Shown here in pieces: positions 11,111 through 24,745 of a DNA stretch of 64,000 bases. The first letter of the stretch is position 1. Each line of letters begins with the position of its first letter. Both the position numbers and the translations under genes were made by a program. Source of the DNA: Phoronis australis. Taxonomy: Eukaryota; Animalia; Phoronida. The notes under the pieces were generated by a model that made no database searches, was not told the origin of the DNA, and saw only the letters and a list, made by a program, of their open reading frames with translations. The stretch is taken from contig NMRA01000381.1 in NCBI GenBank assembly GCA_002633005.1, forward strand, positions 369,057-433,056, read 5' to 3'.

Positions 11111-12700
11111 TTAGACGAAATTAAAGCCTTTGTTTTGAACTTGGAAAGTGCGCTGAACAAAAAATTGGACGACATTGGCACAGCGTTGGGTCTTCGAATT
11201 GACAAACTGGAAACAGCGACAACTGATATCCAAACAAAAGTGAGTAAACAGTGGCGGATCTAGGATATCACAAGGGGGGCCCAACATCTTGTCCTGCTGT
11301 AAGCATTTGCGCCAACCACGATTGTAGATGCGCATAACACCGAATGGGGGGAGGTCGGGAGGGGGGGTTTGCCCCCCTCCCGCCCAGGAAATGTTTCTGT
11401 TTTTTCCTCTAAAAATCAAGCACTTTCCTTGATTTCTGATGTATTATCCAAGAAAAAAGGAAAAAAAAACAGGAAAAATTGCGACTTTCACTGGCTCGAA
11501 CTCAGAACCTGAGTGATAGGACGCGCGTGCTTTGCCACTACACCACCACGATTTCAGTAAAGCATCTATGCTAAGAGACCTACTTGTTTATGGTTCACAG
11601 CGTTTGCGCGCGAAACCTACTTCTTTTTGTTATGCTTATTACACGTTTTATATTTTGAGCAATCGGTTCTTAACAAATTTGTTGTATTTAAAATAGTCTT
11701 CAAATGCCCAAAAGACAAAATCTGTTTTTCGTGTTGGCAATAATGACAGGATTGCTTTGGAAATCGTCTTAAGTTAAAGTTTGACAAAGTTTCGGAGTGA
11801 TTCACTAAGGCTTCGATTAAAATTCACATCTTACCAGCAGCTTCTGCTTTTTCATCGTCACTCAGGTTCCATTTTCTTTAAAAAATGAAGTAAATTTTCT
11901 CCATTGCACAGTGGAGCAGACGACGGAAACGGAGTCGTAGTGCGCAGCGCCACTGCCGGTCGCCTGGGATATCGCGGGAGTGCTTATACTTAGCCATAGT
12001 TCCGTTACGAATGCGCCGTGTTCCGAATTTGACACTTGAAATTGGATTTGAGCCCCCCCCCAACACTAAAACTGCACACATTTAAATCTTTTTTCATCCG
12101 TATAATTTTAATTACCGGAGCAAATTAATAAACTTAACGTTTCCCTACGCTCTTGCTGCTTTAATTTTTTTTTGCGCCAGCCAAGGGGGGGGGGGGCCCG
12201 GGCCCCCCCCTAAATCCGCCTATGGTAAACATGAGAAAACGTTTGACAGTAACAGTGAGCGCATAAGAGATGAGGAAGTTGGAAGCAGAAAGTACAACCT
12301 TTTGCTTTATGGTGTAAAGCAGTGAACACTAAGGGCGAAAATGTAACGGGTAAGGTGAGAGATGTAATTGACACTATGCAAATATAAACTGAGTACGGTT
12401 CGACCATAGACTAACGAGTATCTATGGTTCGACGGTACTCATTGCAAACGCCCACCGTGTTAAGCGTCGAATAAAACGTGGCTGAGACTCCCCCTACCCT
12501 CAGTTATCATAAAATTTGCGTGTATGGAGGACAGGAATGAAATCCTGCAAGGTTTAGAACTGATTTGTCAACAGAGTTGAAGAAAAAACGGGGAAAACTT
12601 GCTAGGAAGGCTTTTGACATTCGCCATAAGAAAAACTGGGCAACAAGAATTCGTGAGTCGAATACAGATGTCTGGCTTGAGGTGAGAAAAACAAAGAGCT
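11111..12700 (+). mobile_element. LINE ORF1-like relic (coiled coil plus RRM) split by family B copy 3
   Basis: Removing 11249-12229 joins LDEIKAF...DIQTKVSK to HEKTFD...SRKYNLLLYGVK in frame; downstream ANAHR and DLSTELKKKR segments are typical of ORF1; contains frameshifts. Confidence 0.6.
11249..12224 (+). mobile_element. Family B element copy 3
   Basis: Same termini as copy 1; TSD GTAAA at 11244-11248 and 12225-12229. Confidence 0.9.
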
Positions 12701-13137
12701 CATTAGATTCTTAGTATTTAGTTACAAACCTGACATGTCATTGAAATGTAGTGTACGTATACCCCTGAGTAGTGTACGTAGCCCTCTGTGAACAAATACT
12801 ATGAAACAAAAACATTACACAAGTAGGGCCAAAGCAACATTTGCCACAGACAGTTTCCTCTATTAAAAATGCCATGCTAAAAGGGTGTTGATTACAATTA
12901 CATTTGTTTTGAGGGAAATATTTGCATTTGTGTAGTGTACGTACCCCTATGTTTCAAATGTGCCTGTTTTAAAAAAATGAGACAGATATCATGACGGACC
13001 TATTCCTGCTGAAAATTCACGCCAAAACCCTATTAGATTTGTTTACTGAAGCGTAAGTTTCAATTACCCCATTCCCTGCCAACACAATAGAGAGCCATAA
13101 CATTCTCCAACTGAATAGAACTGACCTGGATCTTAAT

Positions 13138-13502
13138 CACGGGTGAGAAACAACATGACCGCCGGTCCTCTTAAATCGGACCGCCTCACCCAAAACAGGA
13201 CCTCCGGGGATCAAATGGGACCGTCGCACCAGAAAATGGGACTGACGCACCTAAAAACATGACCGCCCCACCAGAAAACAGGACCGCCGGGGACTGAACA
13301 TGACCGCCGGGGATTGAAACCGCATATTGTCCGGCGGTCATGTTCAGTCCCCGGCGGTCCTGTTTTCTGGTGGGGCGGTCATGTTTTTAGGTGCGTCAGT
13401 CCCATTTTCTGGTGCGACGGTCCCATTTGATCCCCGGAGGTCCTGTTTTGGGTGAGTCAGTCAGATTTAGAGGACCGGCGGTCATGTTGTTTCTCACCCG
13501 TG
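13138..13502. mobile_element. Foldback MITE with CAC...GTG termini and 5-bp TSD
   Basis: ~172-bp near-perfect inverted arms made of ~21-bp subrepeats around a 20-bp loop; TSD TTAAT at 13133-13137 and 13503-13507. Confidence 0.85.
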
Positions 13503-13734
13503 TTAATATGGAGGACAAAAACCCGGATCTTCATATGGAGGACAATCAGAAAGCTCTTGAATGGTAGTTACATTAGCTGAGAACGTGAATTTTGACGAAC
13601 TGACACATCCCAATAGGTTGGTTGTACTTAGGCCTACAATGCAATTATTTTAAATGAAATAAAATAATTTAAAAGATAAGCAATATATATAATCACAGAC
13701 CTTTATTTTTAAAACATACATACAAATACATGTA

Positions 13735-16015
13735 CAGTGGCGGATCTACATTTTCAGTAAGGGAGGGTTAGGATTCCCGCAAAGGTCGATTCCTAGGCCG
13801 TGGCGACGAGCGGGGGGAGGTTCCCCCTCCCGTGTAAGACATTTTTTGTTTTTGTAGCCAAATAGTGAAATTTCCATGCATCCTGGTAAGTTTCTGGCAC
13901 TTAACATGTCTCTGGAGTTTTTCTTAAGATAATTAAAAACCCTTCTCGATTTCGTCACATGAACTTGGCTCATAAGTTTCGTGAAACCATATTGTGCACA
14001 TCTGGGTATGATTCACGCCACCAGCAAAATTTTTTGTTGGAACATCTGCTTACACACACCTTTTTCAGCATACGAAAAGTCGTATACGAAAAGGTGTCGT
14101 GTGTATGCAGGGGTTTAGACAACTTCCAAATATTCAAGAGCATAAGGAGCACCGACGGGGCGTAAAAACTTGAATATCAGATGATGGCGTAACAGCAGAC
14201 CTACACTGTTAGTCCGGAAATAAACATGTGTTCTGTCTCGTTATGAGAAAAACTGGCGAACGATGGTGCTCTCAGTTCATAGTCTATTATTAAAAGCGAC
14301 AATAAATAATTAAGTGTCACTTTATTAAGCTGAATCACGTTGACAAGATTTGAAAAACGTCAATTGTTTCAGGAAACAAATCATCAGTTTCACGAAACCA
14401 AAACATCCTGTGCACAGTGGTGAAAAGATATACTGGACTAGTTTGCAGAGGGACCAGATGTACACTGAGAGTACACAAAAAGGTTGACCTGGTCCGTCTA
14501 GCGAGTACACCTGTGGTTATTATCCCTATAAAAATAGTCGAACTGTCGCGGGACCAAAGAGCATACTGGCTGAGATAAATAGTTTTACAAAGCACACTTT
14601 GGTAAAAAAATCACAAGACTAGTTCGCCGAGGGACCAGAAGTACACTGAAACTCAACATCTACACAAATCAAGCTGGCCTGGTCCGTCGCGAGACCTAAA
14701 GTGTACTATGCAAAAAAATTTTAAGTTGAAAACTTCTCGCTAGACACTTTTTAATCCCCAGTGGTTACTCATACGTTAGTCCTATCCTTCTGTTGTCTAG
14801 ACTGCCGAGGAATCTGTATATCGGATCCAATGATTTGCTCGTCTTGGAACCATTCTACCCAGATATCTTCGATGTTTGTTCCCAACGCTTGCACTTCGAC
14901 AACTGCTGTGTCAATGAGCTTGTAAGCCTCTACAATGTCAGCATCTCGTTTCGCAGCTCAGTTGGCACTAAGGTCCTTGAGGTTGCCAAGTCCATTCAAA
15001 AGACTTACATGCGCAACTAAATTTGATCCGTTCATCATGGACTACTTCAAACCTTGACGATGTATCCAAGACCTATTTGCATCTCTTGCAATTTTCGAAA
15101 TAAACGTCCCAATGTCTGAACGCTTGAAACCCGAAGTACTAACATCAAATAAATGCCCATGGGCATGAGCGTTTCATCGGGTGGGCCTTTCTGCGAAAAT
15201 TCCCAGTATAGAAGACGGCAGTGTGCTTATTGCAGGTAGAAAGACGGTAGGTGTTGAGGTCGGAACAAGGGCTCCTTAGGAGGCCTATTGAACATCGCAC
15301 GAGTCCTGCAAGACTTTGTTGTGAAAGAGCAGCCTTCCCGCAATTTCTGGTACTGTACACTGTTTGCGAATGCGGTCAGTTTGTCAATTTGAGTCCCCCC
15401 TTGGTCATTCCTTGTATAGACATAACTTGTTAGAGTGTACCTTCAAACGGACTCGCGACCAGACCACGGCGCCCGCCACAAAAGCAATTTTTCGGAAAAA
15501 AGATTTTTTTTCAAAAATATTACATGTACATGTACGCTGTATGATATTGTGCAAGATAACTTTACTATACATCAGTTACAAACGTGTGGAGTGTAATAGA
15601 ATGACACGGCATGACAGATGAGGTAAAAACGTTGCACGTCAGTTCGCCTGAATATCAGGGTTGCGGCACCACAGTATTTCCCCAAATCAAATCAAAACAT
15701 ATCTTAGAGTAAAGAAGCTAGTCACCTAAAGAAATCAGCTATAGAACTGCTCTTTCAGCGGTGGATCCATCTAAAATGCTTGGCTACTTCAGAAATGTCG
15801 ACGGAAGCGCAAGCACAATTGATCTCCGCGCGTTTTGCCGATGAGCCACGAAGACTCAGCAATTCGCAATGCAAAAGATTATATTTTCAGAGTGAACCCC
15901 CCCTCAATTTTTTCCAAGTTGGTTTACTTGGGGTTTACACACGCTAGCGGTGCCGTTTTTGTTTTGCTGGAGACGTTTTTTTATTATTGGGTCCTGGCCC
16001 AAGGCGGGGGGGAAA
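13735..16015 (-). mobile_element. Decayed hAT transposon with THAP12/PRKRIR-like transposase remnant
   Basis: Terminus CAGTGGCGGATCTA at 13735; - strand 14770-15020 reads LKDLSAN*AAKRDADIVEAYKLID...WFQD...IQIPRQSRQQKDRTN. The right boundary is uncertain. Confidence 0.6.
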
Positions 16016-16224
16016 AGGAAACAACTTTGCCTGAGAAAATAAACATGGCTGTACAATAGTCTAGTTAATAAAAATGATACTTAGAATCTTGTAACAAAGT
16101 GAGAACTGTTAACAAATACACAACATCTATAAAGGCTGCAAATCAACACATATAAATACAACTTCTATCTTACATAATATACAAGTGCTTAGGTTGTAAG
16201 CTTCTAGGTTAGCACAATATGATG

Positions 16225-16680
16225 AACAAAATACTTATTATTGGGGTAGAAACAGACCAGTACCATTGTGATAACAGGAAAAAATATACATACCTTTAAT
16301 CGCATTTTTTGTGCCAAAATATGAGTACGAACTTTAAAATCAGCGCATACGTAAACAACGACAACAACAACAACAAAATACTTATTATTGGAGGTAGAAA
16401 CAGACCATTACAATTGTGATAATAGAAGAAACATACATACCTTTAATCACATTTGTTTTTGGCCATAAATGAGTACGAACTTTAAAATCGGTGCATATGT
16501 AAACGACGGCATATTTATGGACGTTTCGGGTTATTGTCTCCCAAGAAAAAATTCACAATATTCCAATCAGGTGACACAGGTGTAGAACAGACTGTACAGG
16601 TACACAAGAGATAATAAATCGAAACGTCATTCAATATTTCGCTTACAAATGCGCTGATTTTAAAGTTCGTAGGCATACCT
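16225..16680. repeat. ~145-bp tandem duplication plus inverted repeat, probable Penelope-like terminal relic
   Basis: 16225-16365 is repeated at 16372-16505; 16470-16535 is inverted at ~16612-16677 with ACGTTTCG/CGAAACGT. Confidence 0.5.
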
Positions 16681-17931
16681 TTAAGCCTGGTATTTAGGTC
16701 ATGGCAGAAATATAATTTTTCACCCCTGTAGCCTACTTGATTTCATATTCCAATATAAGATAGTACATAGTTTTTTTTCTGATTTTCTGATATACAACCT
16801 ATCTTAACGGTTCTTTTGCTTTTTCCAGCCAGTCATAATCAAAATACTAATTACAGTCAGTTAACAACTGAATAAATAGTATTAAAAAATATTCTTCACT
16901 TAATTTTCCTCGGGAATTTTTTTTACAACGGCGTTTCTGATTGGCTTGTCGAATTCTCAACAGGCAGCGCTTTACGCAAACAAACTGGCAGGACTGATGG
17001 AGAAAGTGTAAATGTGGTCGGCTGTACAGACAAATCGGTGCTTAAAATTTATGTTCAGGAAATGTGAAGCCTAGAAAGTGTGATTGTGACTTTTCGGAAT
17101 GCATCTTTCTACTGTCGATGACTTTTGATTTCGATAGTGTCCTGTATTCATACAGTATGAATAACGCATCGGTTAAATTGGTTAGATATGTATGGTCGGC
17201 CGTTTATGGAAAAAACATTAAAATGTATATTCAATTCCATTTAATGAACTCAATGCCAACTGTATGACAATTCAATCCTATCTTGTGTATTCAATGCTAT
17301 TACATCAATCCAATCCACATTCGTCGATTCTATATCGTGAACTCAATGCTGTTTTGTATATTCTATCCTGTTTACTGAATTCAATGTTGTTTAGTCATTC
17401 TCTTTCGTCTATCTAAGTTGCCTTATGAAGACGAATCACAACTTACCTTTTGTAAATTCTTACGCTCTGCTCGTCCACAAGGCGGTAAATTTTTATATTA
17501 ATAAAAACTTTATTTTCTGGCCTAAAAGAAAATTCAAAGTTGTAAATTGCTTAGTTTTTCGCGAGAAATTTAGTGAAGCAGGTACATTTTTAAATAAATT
17601 TTAGTTTTTTTGCCAACAGTCGACAGGCACGTAGTTTTATGGCATAATATGTGGTGTCATTAAAGGATAACGGTACTTGACCAAGCAGCCCAAGCAGCTG
17701 GACTGAATTCTATGGTCTATTGTGTTCGCATTAGCTAACTCCAACCGTCGGACGATGGTCGTGCGACGGCCAATTTTTAGCTGGGCAGGGTCCGTCATGT
17801 GCACATGTATGCCGTACTTTTTATTTGTTCTCTTTGAATATATTTGGTAATTGACCTAACTCTCAGCAGATTCTAAGTATTTTTTATAAACCTGACAAGT
17901 CATTGAAATGTAATGTACGTATCCCTGTTTA

Positions 17932-19094
17932 TGTTGAATAGAATCGCTCCCATGACCAGACACTATTGATCATTACGGATTCGTCATATCTTTGCTGAGC
18001 ACTGATGCGCGATACTCAAGCGTTTTGACATGTACGAGTGCAAGCCTGCACCGATACCCGCCTGTAGACACTGGTGCGATACTTGCCAAATCATCAAACG
18101 AGGAACACGCTCAGTTTCTCAAACTATTAGGATTTCCCTACCGTCAAGCCGTGGGAAGTCTAGGTTATCTCGCGAATGCCACACGCCCGTACATTTCTTG
18201 GCCATTGTCAAAATTGTCACAGTTCCTCGCCAAAACTGGACCGGCACACGTGACCGTTATAAAGCGCGTATTGCGATACCTGAAAGGGACCAAAACGTTC
18301 GCGCTTACTTTCAGAACAACGGATAGTCTGTTAACAGGATCTCCGACTCGGACTGGGCAGGAGACTATGGTGGGCCGTTGAGGGGAAAGTGTCGCCGTAA
18401 AATTACGCCCATGATAGGAGACGCCGCCGACCGTCGATCTACTTCCGGTTTTATCTTCCCGCTCGGAAGCGCGCCAATCTCCTGGAAAACTCGGAAACAG
18501 CCGACACTCGCTTTATCATCGTGCGAAGCCGAGTACATGGCACTCACTGAAGCCACGAAGGAACTGATGTTTTTGCGATGTTTGTGTTCTGCTTTCGGAA
18601 TCCCTCAACCGGACACTACGGTTATTCACTGTGATAATCCTGGTACAACGTTTATCAGAATGCTGGCAATTATTTTTTTAATATAAAAACGCAATGTGAC
18701 CATACACAACATGCAATGAAACAAAACATGGACTAACGCCCTCAGCAAGGAGTCATCGAAACAGCATCAAAGCACAAAACACATTGACAGTGACGTGCGT
18801 TACCACTTCATACCGAGCAACTATTGTGTGGAGTTTCAGTATGTGAACACCAAAGACAATTTGGCTGATAAATTAAAGTTTTACGAAACCGCTCTCGAAA
18901 GATGGACATTTAAGAGCCGTAGTCGCGATTAAGGGGAGTGTTGATTAAAATCGCTCCCATGACCAGATACCACGGACTCATAGTATCACTGCTGAGCATG
19001 CGCAGTGTCTTTTCTCTTTCCTCCACGTTTCATAGTGTAGACGTACGTGTATTTTATAGCTCGCAATAAATCAGTTATGGATCACAAATCAACA
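17932..19094 (+). mobile_element. Ty1/Copia LTR retrotransposon, internally deleted
   Basis: TG..CA ends, partial 5' LTR at 17932, PPT AAGGGGAG then 3' LTR 18939-19094, TSD GTTTA on both sides. RT C-terminus (PYRQAVGSLGYLA..TRP..KRVLRYLKGT) and RNase H (DRRSTSG..ISWKTRKQ..ALSSCEAEYMAL..CDN..KHID) with frameshifts. Confidence 0.92.
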
Positions 19095-20483
19095 GTTTAG
19101 TGTACGTACCTTTAAACTCTGTACGTGCTATAAAGTATTGCGCGCAAGTATTTTTCAACTGCTGCTCTCATGACACTGACGGTGTTGTCATCGAAGTAAT
19201 TGCAAGGTAGCGCTGCACGCTAAGATTTTTATTGTTATAGTTTGGGAACATTTACAAGTGCTAATTGACATAAAACTTATTTTTAATTCGATTGGTGGAT
19301 TATTCGAGCAAAATATAAGTAACTGTTAGCGACCACATTACCCTTAAGTTGTTGCTCGCTGGTTCCCTGCAGGCTTAGCCCCGGCCAGCACGCAGGTATC
19401 ACGCAGTGGCACGCGCTTAAGCATTGGTCTATGTAACCTCGGCAGTCATTGGTTAGCTTTACAACACCGTGAAAAAATGGCGGACTGTGAACGATTTTTA
19501 GCCTTCTCATGCAAGTGGCGTCGCGCAGCAACTATTTCGTTTCGTTTTAAAACCGCGTGATTGAAACACATACATGTACAATAAACACATATCTGGCCGA
19601 TTATACCGGTGTGTTATTCACATAAAAGTGATACCTGCGTGCTGGCGCGGCTACCGCCCCACCTAGCGGTTAATGACCCATAATACCGCGCATGCGCAAA
19701 AGAGTACTTTATGGTAATAAATTTCACGGGTGAGAAATTTGAAGTGCCATTTCAATTCTAAACCTTTCAAGTGTTTAGCTTGGAGTCGGAGTCCAACTGA
19801 AGCCATTGGGAGGCATTTTCCGTGGAGGTAAGCTGTATTTACGAACTTCTTTCCTTTTGTTATACTATTTGTGTAAAGAGTGAGACACGTTTTACCAAAT
19901 TGCGTGTTTAATTAATAGTCCAAGAGCGCCATTTCTCCGCCGGGGGGACATCGGACTATATGGGTCGACAGTTCCTCTATCAGTGTTAGGCCTATTGGAA
20001 GTGTGAATCTGTATCTCATAAACATTACTACAGCAAATGAAACCCGAGTTCCAATATAGCATGATGAATGTAAATGGGCTCTCACCGGGAAATGTCTTCA
20101 CGAATGGGTGTGGTCCTGTTGGCCAATTTACTGAACTGACCCTCTGACGACGGTAATTTTCTGAACACCCCAATCTTGTGTGTCCTAACTTGAGGCCCTC
20201 AATTTTTTAACGTCGAGCGTCAGTGTTTTGGGGAGCTGCGTTGACGTCGAGCTCCGCTTATTCAGGAGTTAAGTTGGATGGTAAAGAAAAAACAGTGATC
20301 CATCGTTGATTTGATTGCTGTCTCTGGTTTATTTAGAGTGGGATTGACTAATTATTTCGGTTAAAGTCATTCCCTCACAAAAAACAACGCTAGAGTGCAG
20401 CATGAAAACGACGTATTGATATCAATCAAATATCATTATCTAGAATTTTTGTCCAAACTTAAGTATAATTAAACACCGTGTAA

Positions 20484-20549
20484 AGTAGTAATGTGGTTTA
20501 TCAGGTGAACTGTAACGATTGCCACGAGTTTTACGTGGGCATGACCAGT
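20484..20549 (+). mobile_element. Penelope-like GIY-YIG endonuclease fragment
   Basis: Translates to SSNVVYQVNCNDCHEFYVGMTS, matching the VVY-x-C-xx-C-YVGxT motif. Confidence 0.65.
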
Positions 20550-21081
20550 GACCACTCGAACTTTACCGAGAGAACTACTTCATTCACAGCAATATATGAC
20601 TACGCTACACAGTAATACGATACTACAACATCCCCCTCTTTAGTAAATACGGTTATAATACGGTTATATCGTAATGGTGATAACAATCGAGGGTTTTTCT
20701 TTGAAGGCTGTGATGAAGCTACACAACAACAATTAACACCATACCTACGTAATAACGTGTTCACCAATGATGCCTAGTTTTCGCTGTCTGGTTGAGACAA
20801 CTCACAAAGCTCTGCAGAATCTCGATCTGGGTGGCTAATAAAATTAACTGGAACCAATATTTGACACATCAAATACTGGAAACCTATCTCCACGAAATTC
20901 GCTTGTTTAGCATGACGTCATTTTGACGTTTTGGACCCAGTCGGATAAAATGCATTTCCTTGTACATATTAGTTTAAAGTTATCTATTGTTGAGTAGAGA
21001 CAACATTCTTCAGACATCTATTTACTTCTTCATGGAATATATCTTAGTTCATATCATTTGTTTGCATTTCATTTCCTTGTT

Positions 21082-21348
21082 CATGGACGCACCCGGGTAG
21101 GGGCTCGGGGGTCTCGAACGACCCCCCAATTTGGCGAATTGGGCAAAAAGGTCCACCTCAGTGAAACAAAAAGTTCGAGTAAACGAGACAAAAGCCCACA
21201 AAGTCCACAGGAAGTCGACGTGGATGCACGATTGGCAGCCCTTAACCTAGTGGCCCCGTTTTTTTAGTCCTCGTTGATTTTTTTCAGTAAAAGGTCCGCA
21301 TGTTGAAGAATTCGAGCCCCACTATATTTTAGTCCGGGTAAGCGCATG
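21082..21348 (-). mobile_element. MITE family C (CATG.. termini, 5-bp TSD)
   Basis: Inverted homolog of 46346-46607; flanks TTGTT/TGGTT (one mismatch); a partial third copy lies at ~23390-23584. Confidence 0.6.
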
Positions 21349-21704
21349 TGGTTTTCTGTAGATTTCAGTTGACTTGATAGACCCTCTATTATATTAGATG
21401 CATATTGACTTAGTGACGCTGATAACCTATTGTATTTTCATACCTGTTGCAATTTAACTCTATATCCTACCCAGATGCCCCTATTGTTAAGTCTTGACTT
21501 GCATTTACAAACATTCCAGCCCAAGCTTCTTCCCCATTCGTTAGTTTTGTATTTGGCGCACATTCTGATTGGTCGAATAGGTTCACTTGCAAATAATATG
21601 TAATATCTTTATACTATCACACCAGAAGCTATTGGTACATCATGTCGAACACATGTGTTTTTCTCTAAGAACCACCACGGGTTTTCTCCATGCACAATAA
21701 AACC

Positions 21705-24700
21705 CACACATTCTGCCAGATCGTCAACGTAGTGGAGTACATTAACGTCCTTGATATTTTCATTTACAAAAATACCTCCATTGCCACTGATCATCTTCAA
21801 CATAATCAGTTAATTCAGCTACACGCATTGAGGGTCAGCCCTCTCAGCGAGCGACCGCTTCGCTATCCCAGTTGCCCGCTGTCGCTCATGACAAAGCCGT
21901 CCTAACAATAGCCCTATATAGTGAGCCAGCCAACCACACAAATCGCTTGTGCAGTATTACGTAAGCATTAACTAGGCCTTGAGCAGACACCAGAATAGAA
22001 GTTTCAGATATTGTAACCCAAGGCGGTTGAAACCCGGTCTCCGAAACGGGTGAAATCGGAAGCTAAGATTCATAAAATTTACGCTCTGTGACGTATATGT
22101 AATCTATGAAAGACTTTCAACAAAACTGTGTTGCATTGCTATCAAACTTTGCAGCTAAATTACGACCATTTTACAGAAAATTGTGCTGAAATTCCAGGGC
22201 GAAAACTCGCCGACTGACTGCCTCGAAATCGCCGTCTTCGATATGGCGATTTCAATGATTGAATAAAAATGGTTTTGACTCAAGCAAATTACCTAAAATC
22301 CTCATTAAGTTTTATAAGTAGCATCTCTAAGATTTTTTAAGTTCCCGTGGAGTCTGGATTAACGGCAGGTTTAAATACAAATCTGTGCATCTACATGTAT
22401 GATCGGCAACACGGCGAGAAAAATGTCTGGACGAACAAACATGTTGTCACGTGACGTTTGTTTTGAAGTTCGTCTGCGAATAAGCGAGCGCGTGCGTGTC
22501 ACCAGAGTTCATTTGCCAAAGCAGAGACCGTCTTTTGGCCAGAGGCACGCACTCTAACTAGCTAGATGTGTCTAAAGAAATTTGCACAGGCAGTAGGCCT
22601 AAACCAGAGCGTGTTTCATTCAGCACTTGCCGGTCTCGTGCTAAAAACTTTCGACATGTGTCTCGGTAAGGCCCATATTAGTCGCCGTGTAGCTGGATGC
22701 GTACGTAACTATCTGACAGTTATTTTTCGGTGTAAGGGTGTGTAAGCATTCACTGTCAGTTGTCACTTTATCGGATGTTCGGCTTAAAAACACCAATTAT
22801 GGTTAATCAAACAATACATCTCAAAAATAACGCAAACATGTTTTATAGTATTAGAAATTGTCGGAAATTAGTGCCAATATTCATTTCTTATCGATGCTAT
22901 GCTACCCGTTTCATGAATGGAAAATTCCCGACTAAGGTCTTTGATGACAGGTTCATGTATGTAGCGCGCGCGCTTCCTGGCCACGTGCGTTTAACACCGA
23001 GTTATTTTTATTCATGAGACAGTCGATGTGTCTACCGAAAGGTCAGACCATAGAGTGGGACACGGTCGTCGCGAGAGAGTAGCAACGCTGTTGCGTTCTT
23101 TTTGAAGCGCTGCGTTACTTTGAAGTGTAAAGTCACGGCTAAATACAAACGTAGCAGTGCCGCTGGTGGTCTAGAAGACCCGTGCAAAACTTTTTTGATA
23201 AATTGAAGACGTTACTGTAGCCGAGTTTTAGGACTGTAGGTACGTCATTGTTCCCGTGTACACGTTCATGGACTGGGCGCTTATTTCAGCAAAGTCTGAA
23301 AACGCGTGGGGGGCGCTTATATAGGGGCATGGGCGGTTATTACGGCGAATACGGTACATACAGTCGTTGAACGGCGAAAATTGATGCCCAACTTGCCGAG
23401 AAACAAACCTTGTCGTCACTCAGACTAAACGAAAAGTCCGAGAAAATGAGACAGAAGTCCACTAAAAAAGATGCATACGCACAGTTCTGATAGGTGGTAC
23501 CCCGTTCTTTTAGTTCTCTCGATTTTTTTGTCCACATGGACAGAAATTCGAGCCCCCCCATTTTCAAGGCTGGGCGCGCGCATGCTCGCGATTGATTAGT
23601 CTTCTAATGGGATCAGAGAATTGTACTATCTCAGTGCACAAATGTCCTACGTATTTTAAATCAAGAGTAGCGTGAATTTGACACCAGTTACTTATTTCTG
23701 GGGAGTTTTGAGACTGCTCAGACGATGCATCATGTGGCGTACGAACTTGGAATTTTAAAAACACTATCAGAATAGGTGGCCTTTGAATAGTAAAAAACTT
23801 ATGACTTTAAAAATACTGTTCTGTTTTGGCCCTAGCTATGATTATGGTATTCGTGAAACATCCTTTTACAACGAACATTTCAAATGTTTAAACTTCCAAC
23901 AGCCATCATCTCTTACTCGGGATAAGCGCGCTTCATGCTATCAGAGGGAAATGAAGTGTAATATTTATACTTGGGCCGAAGTTCTTCGAAAACACTGCCA
24001 ACTGAAATGGACATAGATATCTAAGCTTGGCCAGCTAAAGGCTGAAAGTAGTGCTTTCCCTTGTAGTGTAGCTTGGTCTTTAGTAACAGGCAGAGGGATG
24101 CCTATTGTTACCCATGCCTACAGTTTAAACATCTCCACAATAGCCCTTTATTATGAAAGTCAATGCAGGCACAATAGGGTAAGGTATACAAAATCAGATA
24201 AGAGATAATGATCCCCTATAGCAGTTCTGAACAGGCTGACCGATATGAATACAATTTAACGCATAGGCGGATTTAAGGCCCGCCCTCCCTTTGCGGCCGC
24301 AAAAAACATCAGCAAAGGGGTCTTTGCCGCGCAAGTCACAAATAGCGACCTGGCCTACGTAGAGCCATCGATGACTGCTTAAAACTTCCGAAATCGTGGT
24401 AAATGCTTTTTTTCAGTCATAAACAAAATTTTCCCCTAAGCGGAAATGGGAAAACCCCTCTAGATCTTCGCCCATTCGGTGCTACGCGCCTCTACCTATT
24501 TTCTGTTGTCAGTACCAGAATATATTATGGGGAATGAGATCAAACGGCCACGAAAAATTGACGTAGCAACGTAGGAAACGTCCTCTAGATTTACTAATGT
24601 ATTTCAGACTATACTTTGTGGAGGAAATACGTGATCTGTTGTGGAATACCCCTTTCTGAAACCCGCTTGTTCTTCGATCCTGTGCCAATTCGTGATCTGG

Positions 24701-24745
24701 AGCCCAAGTTATAAAATGATTAAGATTTTGTTGTAAAAACTTCAC
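21705..24745 (-). mobile_element. Fragmented LINE reverse transcriptase (pieces at ~24510-24745 and ~21705-21830)
   Basis: GFQKG...KYISKSRGRF..YVNFS..FD.IPH..FW, then colinearly GIFVNENIKDVNVLHYVDDL (YADD motif); the two pieces are separated by later insertions. Confidence 0.55.
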
